64,000 nucleotides of DNA from Candidatus Kapaibacteriota bacterium (GTDB lineage: Bacteria; Bacteroidota; Ignavibacteria; Kapaibacteriales; UBA961): NCBI GenBank assembly GCA_049426725.1, contig JBMSYN010000004.1, positions 64,014 to 128,013 of the forward strand, given 5' to 3'. A program made the position numbers and the translations under genes. Position 1 is the stretch's first letter, and each line of letters begins with the position of its first letter. Below, one piece after another: positions 48,121-57,429 of this stretch. The notes under the pieces are model-generated. The model did not search any database. It saw nothing but the letters and a program-made list of their open reading frames with translations, and had not been told where the DNA came from.

Positions 48121-48648
48121 ATGCATTTTCGAATAGTCATATTCCTCCTTTTGCTTCTCATTTTGCCGACAAGCATCATGCATGCACAATCAGATGCGGG
48201 TAATCCCAAGGTGCGTGGAATCATTGGTTTTTCAATTCCTGAATTTTTGCATGTGGGAGCACGATATCAATTGGATGATATCGAGATTGGTGTGAGTGTA
48301 GGTTCATTTCCTTCAACAGAGCAATTGCTTACCTTGAATGCTGATTGTATCGTTCATGTATTTGAAGATCGAAATGCTGCTGGTCATAAATCTTGGTATG
48401 GAAAAATTGGTTTCTCCTCTATGCATGAAGAAGGCGAATATGAAATCAATGATTATGTCTATACACACCTTAGATTCGGACATGAATTTGCATTGTCAAA
48501 AACCATAGGTTTGCAATTGGATGGAGGTTTGATTTTTGAACTGAAACACAATGAGATCCAAAAAAAACCTTCCAATTCATGGTTTGATTTTGACTTTGAA
48601 TTTCCTGTATTGCCAAGTATTGGTCTAACGACTGTCTTTTATTTATGA
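48121..48648 (+). CDS. Small secreted protein, probably an 8-stranded outer-membrane beta-barrel
   Basis: Signal peptide MHFRIVIFLLLLLILPTSIMHAQ, alternating-polarity strands, and a C-terminal VFYL. Confidence 0.5.
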   Translation: MHFRIVIFLLLLLILPTSIMHAQSDAGNPKVRGIIGFSIPEFLHVGARYQLDDIEIGVSVGSFPSTEQLLTLNADCIVHVFEDRNAAGHKSWYGKIGFSSMHEEGEYEINDYVYTHLRFGHEFALSKTIGLQLDGGLIFELKHNEIQKKPSNSWFDFDFEFPVLPSIGLTTVFYL

Positions 48649-48658
48649 GAATAATCCC

Positions 48659-49549
48659 ATGATGAATCTTCCCTTGAAAGGAACAATCACTGCACTCATC
48701 ACGCCAATGAATGAAGATGGCTCGATTGATTTTGCAGCTCTCAAATCTCTCATTGACATGCAAATTGCAGGTGGAGTCACTGCATTGGTACCATGTGGTT
48801 CCACTGGAGAAAGTGCCACCATGACATTCGATGAAAAGTGCTCAGTGATTCAAGCGACAGTTGATCATGTTGCAGGAAGATTGCCTGTGATTGCCGGTAC
48901 AGGATCAAATGACACTGTGGCTGCAATCAATCTTACCAAACAAGCAAAAGCATTGGGAGCGGATGCAGTCTTATTGGTATCGCCATTTTATAATAAGCCA
49001 ACACAAAGAGGTTTGATTGCACATTTCTCAGCAATTGCGGATGCTTGTGATATTCCACAAATTCTCTACAATGTTCCCGGTAGAACAGCATCCAATATGC
49101 TTGCAGAAACACAATTGGCATTGGCGGAATCATATACGCATATCATTGCCACAAAAGAAGCATCAGCGGATTTGGAGCAGATAATGGAAATCATTAAACA
49201 TAGACCTTCGCATTTTACCGTGTTGGCAGGAGATGATTCGCTTGCTCTTCCTATTATAGCAGCGGGTGGACATGGAGTGATATCCGTATTGTCAAATTAT
49301 GCACCTGCACAATTCAGTGCATGCATCACTGCTGCTTTGGAAGGTAGATGGGATGATGCAAGATCTTCGCATTATGCATTGTTTGAACTCATGAAATTGA
49401 ATTTCATTGAAACAAATCCCATCCCTGTGAAAGGTATTCTTTCCATGATGGGAATATGCAAAGAGGCCTATCGATTGCCAATGCAACCGTTGCTTCCAGA
49501 GAATAAAGAACGATTGAGATTGGCACTGAAAAAAGTGGGTATATTATAA
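48659..49549 (+). CDS. dapA: 4-hydroxy-tetrahydrodipicolinate synthase
   Basis: ITALITPM..GVTALVPCGSTGE signature and the active-site Lys region. Confidence 0.9.
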   Translation: MMNLPLKGTITALITPMNEDGSIDFAALKSLIDMQIAGGVTALVPCGSTGESATMTFDEKCSVIQATVDHVAGRLPVIAGTGSNDTVAAINLTKQAKALGADAVLLVSPFYNKPTQRGLIAHFSAIADACDIPQILYNVPGRTASNMLAETQLALAESYTHIIATKEASADLEQIMEIIKHRPSHFTVLAGDDSLALPIIAAGGHGVISVLSNYAPAQFSACITAALEGRWDDARSSHYALFELMKLNFIETNPIPVKGILSMMGICKEAYRLPMQPLLPENKERLRLALKKVGIL

Positions 49550-49554
49550 AAAAA

Positions 49555-49581
49555 TGGCTCTCTTTCGAGAGCCATTTCTTT
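49555..49581. terminator. Bidirectional rho-independent terminator shared by dapA (+) and groEL (-)
   Basis: 8-bp stem TGGCTCTC / GAGAGCCA with a 4-nt loop, flanked by an A6 run upstream and TTTCTTT downstream. Confidence 0.65.
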
Positions 49582-49620
49582 GTGCGGGATGGAAATTCCC
49601 CGAAGGAAATTTCACATGTT

Positions 49621-51246
49621 TTAATAGTCCATGCCACCATGAGGCATTGCAGGCATAGGCTTTTCAGGCTCGGGCTTCTCAACGATTGTTGCTTCTGTTG
49701 TGAGCAATAAGCTTGAAACAGATGCAGCATTTTCAAGAGCAACTCTTGATACTTTCGTTGGATCGATAACGCCTGCTTTGATCAAATCTTCATATTGCTC
49801 GGTGCGAGCATTGAATCCGTCTGAACCTGTTCCTTCCTTGATGCGATTTGCAATCACAGATGCTTCCAAACCTGCATTTGTGACGATTTGTCGAATTGGT
49901 TCTTCAACCGCACGACGAATGATTGCAATTCCTGTATCTTGATCATGATTTTCACCACGGAGTCCATCAAGAACTTTTACAGCGCGCAAGTAGGCAACTC
50001 CACCACCGGGGACAATACCTTCTTCGACAGCGGCGCGTGTTGCATGCAATGCATCTTCAACGCGTGCTTTCTTTTCTTTCATTTCAACTTCTGTTGATGC
50101 GCCAATTTTCAATACTGCAACGCCACCGGAAAGTTTTGCAAGACGCTCTTGCAATTTCTCGCGATCATAATCACTGGATGTTTTTTCAATCTGTGATTTG
50201 ATTTCATTGATGCGTGTTTTGATATTGTCAGAAGAACCTGCGCCTTCAACGATTGTTGTATTGTCTTTGTCAATCGTTACTTTCTTTGCAGTACCAAGAT
50301 ATTCAACAGTTGCTGTATCGAGTTTATATCCTTTCTCTTCGCTGATGACTGTACCACCGGTGAGAATTGCAATATCTTCAAGCATTGCTTTGCGACGATC
50401 ACCAAATCCCGGTGCTTTTACAGCGGCAACGCGCAATGTCCCGCGAAGTTTATTGACAACCAAAGTAGCAAGTGCTTCGCCTTCGATGTCTTCAGCAATG
50501 ATGATGAGTCCACGACCGGATTGAGCAGTCTTCTCAAGAATAGGAAGAAGATCTTTGATTGCACTAATCTTTTTGTCATGAATCAAAATGAAAGGATTTT
50601 CAAGCGCAGCTTCCATCGTATCTGCATCAGTAACGAAATATGGTGAAAGATATCCGCGATCGAATTGCATACCTTCAACCACATCCATGGATGTTTCTGT
50701 GCCTTTTGCTTCTTCTACAGTAATCACACCATCTTTTCCAACTTTTTCCATTGCATCTGCGATCAATGAACCTATGGTTTCATCATTGTTTGCGGAGATC
50801 GTGCCGACTTGTGCGATTTCGGTTTTGCCGGTCACTTCACGACTCATTTTTTTGAGCTCTTCTGTTAATGTTTTAACAGCCAAGTCAATACCGCGTTTCA
50901 AATCCATTGGATTTGCACCTGCGGTCACATTCTTCAAACCTTCTCTCACGATTGCCTGTGCAAGAACGGTCGCGGTGGTTGTACCATCACCAGCTGCATC
51001 ACTTGTTTTGGATGCAACTTCTTTTACCATCTGCGCACCAAGATTTTCAATCGGATCTTCAAGTTCAATTTCCTTGGCGACTGTCACACCATCTTTGGTG
51101 ACTGTTGGTGAGCCAAATTTTTTGTCAATGATCACATTGCGACCTTTAGGTCCAAGCGTCACTTTCACAGCATTGGCAAGTTGATCAACGCCACGCTTGA
51201 GAGCTGAACGCGCTTCTACGTCAAATGTTATGATTTTCGATGCCAT
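49621..51246 (-). CDS. groL: Chaperonin GroEL
   Basis: [38 protein letters not shown], and a C-terminal Gly/Met-rich tail ending in [11 protein letters not shown]. Confidence 0.97.
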   Translation of the reverse strand: MASKIITFDVEARSALKRGVDQLANAVKVTLGPKGRNVIIDKKFGSPTVTKDGVTVAKEIELEDPIENLGAQMVKEVASKTSDAAGDGTTTATVLAQAIVREGLKNVTAGANPMDLKRGIDLAVKTLTEELKKMSREVTGKTEIAQVGTISANNDETIGSLIADAMEKVGKDGVITVEEAKGTETSMDVVEGMQFDRGYLSPYFVTDADTMEAALENPFILIHDKKISAIKDLLPILEKTAQSGRGLIIIAEDIEGEALATLVVNKLRGTLRVAAVKAPGFGDRRKAMLEDIAILTGGTVISEEKGYKLDTATVEYLGTAKKVTIDKDNTTIVEGAGSSDNIKTRINEIKSQIEKTSSDYDREKLQERLAKLSGGVAVLKIGASTEVEMKEKKARVEDALHATRAAVEEGIVPGGGVAYLRAVKVLDGLRGENHDQDTGIAIIRRAVEEPIRQIVTNAGLEASVIANRIKEGTGSDGFNARTEQYEDLIKAGVIDPTKVSRVALENAASVSSLLLTTEATIVEKPEPEKPMPAMPHGGMDY

Positions 51247-51282
51247 GTTTAAAACCTCTTAATAAGAATTCAATTGAAATGA

Positions 51283-51573
51283 TCACTTTGTCAAAACAGC
51301 AAAAATGTCTGATTCACGCATGATGAGAAGTTCCTCACCATTTACGGAAACTTCAGTTCCGGAATACTTCCCATATAAAACAGAATCACCAACTTTTACC
51401 TGCAAAGCTGCTACTTTGCCATCATCATTGACTTTTCCGGGACCAACGGCAATAACTTCTCCCTGCATGGGCTTTTCTTTAGCCGTGTCAGGAATGATGA
51501 TTCCACCTGCTGTAACTTCTTCGGGTTTTGACGGGCGCACGAGTACTCTGTCGTGCAAAGGAGTCAAGTTCAT
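51283..51573 (-). CDS. groS: Co-chaperonin GroES
   Basis: [35 protein letters not shown], with a GGAGG Shine-Dalgarno upstream. The start is at an internal Met of the longer ORF. Confidence 0.95.
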   Translation of the reverse strand: MNLTPLHDRVLVRPSKPEEVTAGGIIIPDTAKEKPMQGEVIAVGPGKVNDDGKVAALQVKVGDSVLYGKYSGTEVSVNGEELLIMRESDIFAVLTK

Positions 51574-51624
51574 TCGAACCTCCAAAAGATGAGTAAATTG
51601 AAATAGAATATGCAATATATGGTA

Positions 51625-51651
51625 TTAGCACTCTAAACCGATGAGTGCTAA
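51625..51651. promoter_or_regulatory. CIRCE operator (HrcA binding site) upstream of groES-groEL
   Basis: Perfect match to the consensus, TTAGCACTC-N9-GAGTGCTAA, read directly from the sequence. Confidence 0.85.
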
Positions 51652-51826
51652 TGGCGGCTCTTGACGAAGGGGCAAGGCAGATTATTGTGTTAATGTGGAT
51701 AACTTTTTTGTGATATGGCATAATTGGGGAAATTTTGTATTTCTATCCATAGTCCGAGTAACTTTTCCACATCGAGAAATCCTTTCGAATCCGTATCTTC
51801 GTGAGCAGCCAAGAGGAGATATTTCA

Positions 51827-53014
51827 ATGATAAATCAATCCAACGATTTGAAAGGACCCATAGGTGCTTCGCCAAATGTGCAAAGTGCTTTGGAAATGTT
51901 ATGGTCTGAGATTCGCAGACATGCTGATGCTTATCAGTCTTTGAAAACATCGCATGCAGAGCTTAAGCAGCAAATGTCAAGCACGCATAAAGTTCATTCG
52001 AGTAAAGAAAAAGAGCAAGAAAAGGTATTGCAAGAGCATAAAGTGCTCAGTGATAGGGTGAAGGCATTAGAGCGCAGTTTGCAGCAAAGTGCGGGGCTTC
52101 AGCAATCATATGATGCTTTGCAAACAGAAATGCAAGCGCTGAAGAGACATTCCGGAAAATTTGACGAAGAATTGGCATTGCGTCAGAGTCAAATTGAAGT
52201 ATTGGAAAAGAAATTATCACAAAGCGGCTCGATGGATGCATCAATGCGTTCAGCCCTTTCTTCTCTGATGAAAGAAACGCTTGATGTGGTAGAGTTCCCG
52301 CAAACAGATGATGAACTTGCTCAAATTGCCCAAGCGATATTGAAACATATTCGAGGCTTGAGAATTGATGCTGAAGAAAGGCTGGAAGAGCTTCAAGCAT
52401 TGAAGGCAGAGGGCAAGAAACCATCCAGAAAGTCGCATGCCGGTGAAACACATTCTGATGCATTACACAAAGAAATCGATGATCTTAGATCGGAAAATAA
52501 AGATCTCATTCGTGCTTTGAGAGATCTTGAGAAGTCAAGTGGTGTTACCGTATCATCAGAAGGTGCAAGTGAATTCGAAGCTGAAATCAAAGATTTGAAA
52601 TTACAGCTTGATTTAAAGCAATCCGATTTGGATGCTCTTTCGGAGCGTTTGAAAGTCACCGAGGATCAGCTTGACGAAGAAAAAGAGAAGAATCGCGAGT
52701 TGAAAGATCAGATTATTGCACTTCGTGATTTAAATCCGGAAGCAGCTGATCGCAAATCAACCCTTGAGTCTTCCATTGAAAAATTACGACAAGAACGCAG
52801 TGAACTTCAAACTCGCATCGATGAACTGCTCGCAATCCAAGAAGAAAAAGATGATGTGATTGATGCACTCCGTTCTGCTAAAGGTGATTTGTTTGATGAA
52901 GCCGGATTCACTTCTTTAAAAAAAGAGAATGCAATGCTCAAAGCCGAGAGATTGGAATTGGCTGAGAAATTTGAACAATTGGAAAAAAGACTTCAAAAAG
53001 CTCTGAAAGGATAA
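51827..53014 (+). CDS. Coiled-coil protein of unknown function, about 395 aa
   Basis: Heptad-rich and E/K/L/Q-rich along its whole length. A strong AAGAGGAG Shine-Dalgarno lies 8 nt upstream of the ATG at 51827. The gene ends 18 nt before gcvT. Confidence 0.6.
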   Translation: MINQSNDLKGPIGASPNVQSALEMLWSEIRRHADAYQSLKTSHAELKQQMSSTHKVHSSKEKEQEKVLQEHKVLSDRVKALERSLQQSAGLQQSYDALQTEMQALKRHSGKFDEELALRQSQIEVLEKKLSQSGSMDASMRSALSSLMKETLDVVEFPQTDDELAQIAQAILKHIRGLRIDAEERLEELQALKAEGKKPSRKSHAGETHSDALHKEIDDLRSENKDLIRALRDLEKSSGVTVSSEGASEFEAEIKDLKLQLDLKQSDLDALSERLKVTEDQLDEEKEKNRELKDQIIALRDLNPEAADRKSTLESSIEKLRQERSELQTRIDELLAIQEEKDDVIDALRSAKGDLFDEAGFTSLKKENAMLKAERLELAEKFEQLEKRLQKALKG

Positions 53015-53032
53015 TTCTAGGAAAATTTTACA

Positions 53033-54118
53033 ATGAAAACAACACGATTTCATGAAATACATAAGCGTCTTGGCGCAAAGATGGTCTCTTTTGCCGGATT
53101 TGAAATGCCAATTCAGTATCCTGCAGGCATCATAGCCGAACATATGACAGTACGCACAAATGTTGGCGTTTTTGATGTGTCGCACATGGGTGAAGTTGAA
53201 GTGAGCGGACCCCAAGCATTGGATTTTGTTCAACAGATTTCAATCAATGATGCTTCCAAGCTTGTTCCAAACAAAGCGCAATATTCAGCGATGTGCTATC
53301 CTGATGGTGGAATCATCGATGATATGTTGGTTTATCATCGCGGTGATCATTATATGCTTGTCATTAATGGTGCTTGTGCAGAAAAAGACATTGCATGGAT
53401 GCAAGAGCAAGCAAAGGGCATGAATATTACACTCAATGATGTGAGTGATGATGTGAATTTGCTCGCGGTGCAAGGTCCGAAATCCATTGAAGCTTTGCAA
53501 GGATTGACAGACACAAATCTGTCTGAGATTCAGTATTATGGATTTGCAGAAGGGAAGCTAGCAGGTATTGACATGATTTTGTCTCGAACAGGATATACAG
53601 GAGAAATTGGATTTGAATTATATTTCCGTGGTGATGAAAGTGTATGCGAGAAAGTCTGGAATGCACTCTTTGAAGCAGGCAAGGCATATGACATACAACC
53701 TGTTGGTTTGGGAGCGCGAGACACATTGCGTTTAGAAAAAGGATATTGCCTCTATGGTAATGACATCAATCAAGAAACAAATCCCCTTGAAGCTGGTTTG
53801 GGATGGATTACTAAACTTTCTAAAGGGCAATTCAATGGTTCTGATGTGATTGCAAAAGTGAAAGAAGAAGGTCCAAAACGAAAGCTCGTCGCTTTCAAAG
53901 TTGTGGCAGACAAATTTATCGCTCGTCAACATTATCCCATACATCAGCAAGGGAATCTTGTAGGCGAGGTGACAAGCGGAAATATTTCTCCCATCTTGAA
54001 TATCGGCATAGGTTTGGGATATGTACCTGTTTCACTTTCAAACCCCGGTACAATCATACAGATTTCCGCGAGAGGAAAAGAGTTCGATGCGGAAGTTGTG
54101 AAATTACCATTCGTATAA
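53033..54118 (+). CDS. gcvT: Glycine cleavage system T protein (aminomethyltransferase)
   Basis: [28 protein letters not shown] signature. Confidence 0.92.
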   Translation: MKTTRFHEIHKRLGAKMVSFAGFEMPIQYPAGIIAEHMTVRTNVGVFDVSHMGEVEVSGPQALDFVQQISINDASKLVPNKAQYSAMCYPDGGIIDDMLVYHRGDHYMLVINGACAEKDIAWMQEQAKGMNITLNDVSDDVNLLAVQGPKSIEALQGLTDTNLSEIQYYGFAEGKLAGIDMILSRTGYTGEIGFELYFRGDESVCEKVWNALFEAGKAYDIQPVGLGARDTLRLEKGYCLYGNDINQETNPLEAGLGWITKLSKGQFNGSDVIAKVKEEGPKRKLVAFKVVADKFIARQHYPIHQQGNLVGEVTSGNISPILNIGIGLGYVPVSLSNPGTIIQISARGKEFDAEVVKLPFV

Positions 54119-54139
54119 AAACAAAGAAGCAAAAAAAAA

Positions 54140-54170
54140 GCCTCGCACCCGAAAGTGCGAGGCTTTTGTG
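54140..54170. terminator. Bidirectional rho-independent terminator between gcvT (+) and the convergent T9SS cargo gene (-)
   Basis: 9-bp GC-rich stem GCCTCGCAC / GTGCGAGGC with loop CCGAAA, flanked by an A9 run upstream and TTTTGTGTTT downstream. Confidence 0.75.
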
Positions 54171-54186
54171 TTTATGGATATGTCGA

Positions 54187-56685
54187 TCATCTTGCGATGA
54201 TGAATTGACCACTTGATTGTGACTGATTACCATTGATGCGGAACATATAAGATCCGGATGACAAACCATTCACGTCGAATGAAGTAGTATTGCCATCAAT
54301 CATGATATCGAATTCAGAAATCATGATGCCCATTGCAGAGTAAATCTGCGCTTTGGCAGGACCATTGAATTCAAGACCATTCACAGTAATCATCGATGAT
54401 GCGGGATTTGGATACACATTGTCACCAGAGATTGTTCTGTCATCTGCAGACATTGCTGTACTACCAAGGGTGATAGAACTATTTACTGTCAAAGCAGCGA
54501 CATAATCAGTGATAACAGTGCCAAATGATGGTTCGAAGTCAATCATGTCAGCCATGAGTGTAAATGTACCCTGACCCAAATCAACCATTGCATAAGTACC
54601 TGCATTGTCTGTCATTGCATAATCAGCAATATCATTGTTTTCATCCATTGCATAAATCAATGCACCGGTCAATGACTCTTCGGCAAGTGGTGAGTCTGAT
54701 TTGAGCATAGAACCACGACCTTTCACGATTCCATCAACGCGCGCAGCGCCCCTCTTACCAAGAACAGGGCGAAGTCTCACATCATAGACCAAAGTGATCA
54801 TCACTTCACCAACTTCAATCTTTGTTCCTTCCTTCCAAGTCATTGCAGCAAATCCGGTGCTTGTATAGAAGCCGGGAGCATAAGAGCGTGTGAAAGGAAT
54901 ACCTTGAAGAACATAGATGCCAGGCTGAATATTTTTGAGTAATGCATTGCCCAAAGAGTCAGTTTCCATACTAATGCCAGCACCTTTATTTGGTTCTTTA
55001 CCATTTGGTGAAACAGGCAGCAATGTCACGCGACCTTTGATACCAACTCCATTTGTGTCTTTCAAAGAAACTGCAAGACCATTATTGAAGACTGCTTTCT
55101 TAGGCAATGTGAAATTGATTTCAATTGCATTTGTGACAGTAAAGCGTGTTGCTTCATTTGCATTTTGCTTCCCATCATAATATACATGTGAATGTGTTTT
55201 TGCCAATGCTTCATTAGGCATTGCCATTGCGATAAATGTCAATCCTACAGGCACTTCAATACGATACTGACCTTTATCATTTGTTTTAACAGTAACTTTC
55301 ATACCATCTTTGCTTCCGCCATTGGCTTCTACCATCATTATGGTTACGATTGCATTTGGAACGGGATTTCCTTCGCTATCTTTTACCATTCCTTCAATTG
55401 CTTTCAGGATTGGTTTTTCTTTTGGAGTCACTTTTGCAACAATTTCATTGATTTTGTCACAAACAGCAATGATGGTTTTTGCATTACCCATTTCAATGGC
55501 ATCTTCAAACCATTCGGCATTGAATCCATCTCCTTCGAAACGGATCTTGTAACTTCCTTCACGAACCATGAGAGTCCATTGTCCATTTCTTATGAAGGTC
55601 TCATAAGATGAAGGGCCATTATCCTTTTCAAGTCTGATAGCCTTTACTTTGCCTGTCAAAATCGGATTGCCATTGTCATCTTTGAGCATGCCAACGATTT
55701 TTGAACATGGAGGTGTTGGTATAATTTCACAATTGGTTTTTACGACGATTGTCCATGGTTGATATGTGATAAGCGTATCATTGCCTTTGATGAATGTGGC
55801 TTTGATCTTAGCATTGTACACTCCTTCTTTGGTTGGAGTCCATGTCAATCGACCTGTTTTTTCATCAATGGACATGCCGTCAATTTTATTGAACAAAGAC
55901 CAAGTGACAATTCCACCATCCACAGGTACTTTTGCAACAGCTTCATAGACATACAATTTATTGATGCAGGCAAGTTCTTTTGGTTTTGAGATGATTTCAA
56001 ATGTTGTTTTACCACCAGTGACAATCAATTTATACTCTCTCACAGCAACTGAATTGGGAGCATCTATCATTTTGGATGTAACAAGTATCACATAAGTTCC
56101 AACTATAGGATTTGCCCATTCAATCAAACCTTTGTCAGAAATGGTCATGCCAGCAGGATTGCGTTCAATCTTATATTCAAATCCACCTTTGTAAGAATCT
56201 GGATATTGAAGCTTCACCTGGAATTTATAAGGTGAACCTGATTGGATTGTCTGTGTGCTTGGATCAATGATAATGGCAAATGTGTTTGGAATTTCACCGC
56301 GAACCGTTACAGAAAGTTTTACTGATGGTTCACTTTGAGCACCACCTGCTCTTGCCACAACATAAAATTTATGTATCCCGGCTGGTACATCTTTCAAAAC
56401 TGCTTCAGTATTCCATGTTTCAATGATTGCCTTGAAATCAGTTGAGCCATTTGCAGTCATTGATGCCATATACACAACATATTGAATATTGGTATCACTT
56501 GAAGGAGCAACCCATGAAAATTTAAGTGTTGCTGGAGCAACGGGCTCGCCATCTGGGATGACTTTAAATTCTTTGGGAATGCCTGGTCCTCCTGCGAGTA
56601 CTGCAGTGGACATTGCGAAGAACATCATGAACAGTGTCATGATGCTTCTTGAAAATTGTAATGTGCGGACCATGAGGGCCTCCAT
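54187..56685 (-). CDS. Secreted T9SS cargo protein of about 830 aa with carboxypeptidase-regulatory-like and Ig-like repeats and a T9SS type A C-terminal sorting domain
   Basis: Signal peptide MVRTLQFSRSIMTLFMMFFAMSTAVLAG. CarbopepD_reg-like repeats (GMVKDSEGNPVPNAIVTIM..KTNDKGQYRIEV) are present. The CTD is NVYPNPASSMITVNGLEFNGPAKAQIYSAMGIMISEFDI..LSSGSYMFRIN. Confidence 0.8.
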   Translation of the reverse strand: MEALMVRTLQFSRSIMTLFMMFFAMSTAVLAGGPGIPKEFKVIPDGEPVAPATLKFSWVAPSSDTNIQYVVYMASMTANGSTDFKAIIETWNTEAVLKDVPAGIHKFYVVARAGGAQSEPSVKLSVTVRGEIPNTFAIIIDPSTQTIQSGSPYKFQVKLQYPDSYKGGFEYKIERNPAGMTISDKGLIEWANPIVGTYVILVTSKMIDAPNSVAVREYKLIVTGGKTTFEIISKPKELACINKLYVYEAVAKVPVDGGIVTWSLFNKIDGMSIDEKTGRLTWTPTKEGVYNAKIKATFIKGNDTLITYQPWTIVVKTNCEIIPTPPCSKIVGMLKDDNGNPILTGKVKAIRLEKDNGPSSYETFIRNGQWTLMVREGSYKIRFEGDGFNAEWFEDAIEMGNAKTIIAVCDKINEIVAKVTPKEKPILKAIEGMVKDSEGNPVPNAIVTIMMVEANGGSKDGMKVTVKTNDKGQYRIEVPVGLTFIAMAMPNEALAKTHSHVYYDGKQNANEATRFTVTNAIEINFTLPKKAVFNNGLAVSLKDTNGVGIKGRVTLLPVSPNGKEPNKGAGISMETDSLGNALLKNIQPGIYVLQGIPFTRSYAPGFYTSTGFAAMTWKEGTKIEVGEVMITLVYDVRLRPVLGKRGAARVDGIVKGRGSMLKSDSPLAEESLTGALIYAMDENNDIADYAMTDNAGTYAMVDLGQGTFTLMADMIDFEPSFGTVITDYVAALTVNSSITLGSTAMSADDRTISGDNVYPNPASSMITVNGLEFNGPAKAQIYSAMGIMISEFDIMIDGNTTSFDVNGLSSGSYMFRINGNQSQSSGQFIIAR

Positions 56686-56704
56686 GAAAAATGTAATGGA
56701 TATA

Positions 56705-57424
56705 TCAAATCTTGATTTTCAGCAGAAATCTTCCCCCAAAGGGAGCTAGGACTTTTTTGTCAAGTGATTCAACCTCTGCATCTTGGACAATGAATCGCGA
56801 TTCGACAAAAATCTGGAATCCTTTTCCAGGTCTAGGAGTCCTTATTGCAAAGACATCCAAGTTCATTGAATTGTAACCAGCATTCTCTAACAAATCAAAT
56901 TCTTGTTCTGTTTTGATAATGCGAACACCATTTGATTCCCTTCTTTTTCCAAAAAAGTATGTCTTGATTTTTGCTTCTTTCAATCGAACTGGTTTTTTTT
57001 GATCGGCTTTTGTTGGCATTGAGGCCAATATCGGAATAATCATGGTATCGCAATCAATGTCAATTTCATAGGGTAATGCTTCTTCAAATTGCGATCTATC
57101 AGGTACATCGGTTCGTCCTTTGAAGGACAAAGCCACTTTAAGATTATTCCTATCAGTAGTGTCTATGAAAATATGTTCAATCTCATGTTTATTAAAGTTG
57201 TAGGTTTCTTTATCAGGAGTAGAATTAGGATTGATACGGCTTGTCATTCCACCGCCATTAAACTCAAATGTGATATCATTGATGTTAACCGGTTTTGTTG
57301 ATATCGGCACTTCGTTGATACTCGAATCAAGATCCGTTGGAGATTTGCAACCTATTATTGTGATGAGGATGATGGATCCGCATACTAATAGGATATTCTT
57401 TCCAAATGTGAAAAATGTCTTCAT
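56705..57424 (-). CDS. Hypothetical lipoprotein
   Basis: Lipobox LITIIGCKSP. The ORF is co-directional and almost contiguous with the flanking genes. Confidence 0.5.
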   Translation of the reverse strand: MKTFFTFGKNILLVCGSIILITIIGCKSPTDLDSSINEVPISTKPVNINDITFEFNGGGMTSRINPNSTPDKETYNFNKHEIEHIFIDTTDRNNLKVALSFKGRTDVPDRSQFEEALPYEIDIDCDTMIIPILASMPTKADQKKPVRLKEAKIKTYFFGKRRESNGVRIIKTEQEFDLLENAGYNSMNLDVFAIRTPRPGKGFQIFVESRFIVQDAEVESLDKKVLAPFGGRFLLKIKI

Positions 57425-57429
57425 ATTTA

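Noticed and set aside
49592-49614. Second small hairpin (GAAATT..AATTTC) between dapA and groEL
   Set aside because: The stem is only 6 bp, with a 10-nt loop and no U-tract. It is probably not functional, and the adjacent 8-bp stem is the real terminator.
50198-51184. Plus-strand ORFs of 108 and 198 aa opposite groEL
   Set aside because: They are antisense to one of the most conserved genes in the window. The Ser/Ala/Val-rich composition is typical of a shadow reading of the GroEL codons.
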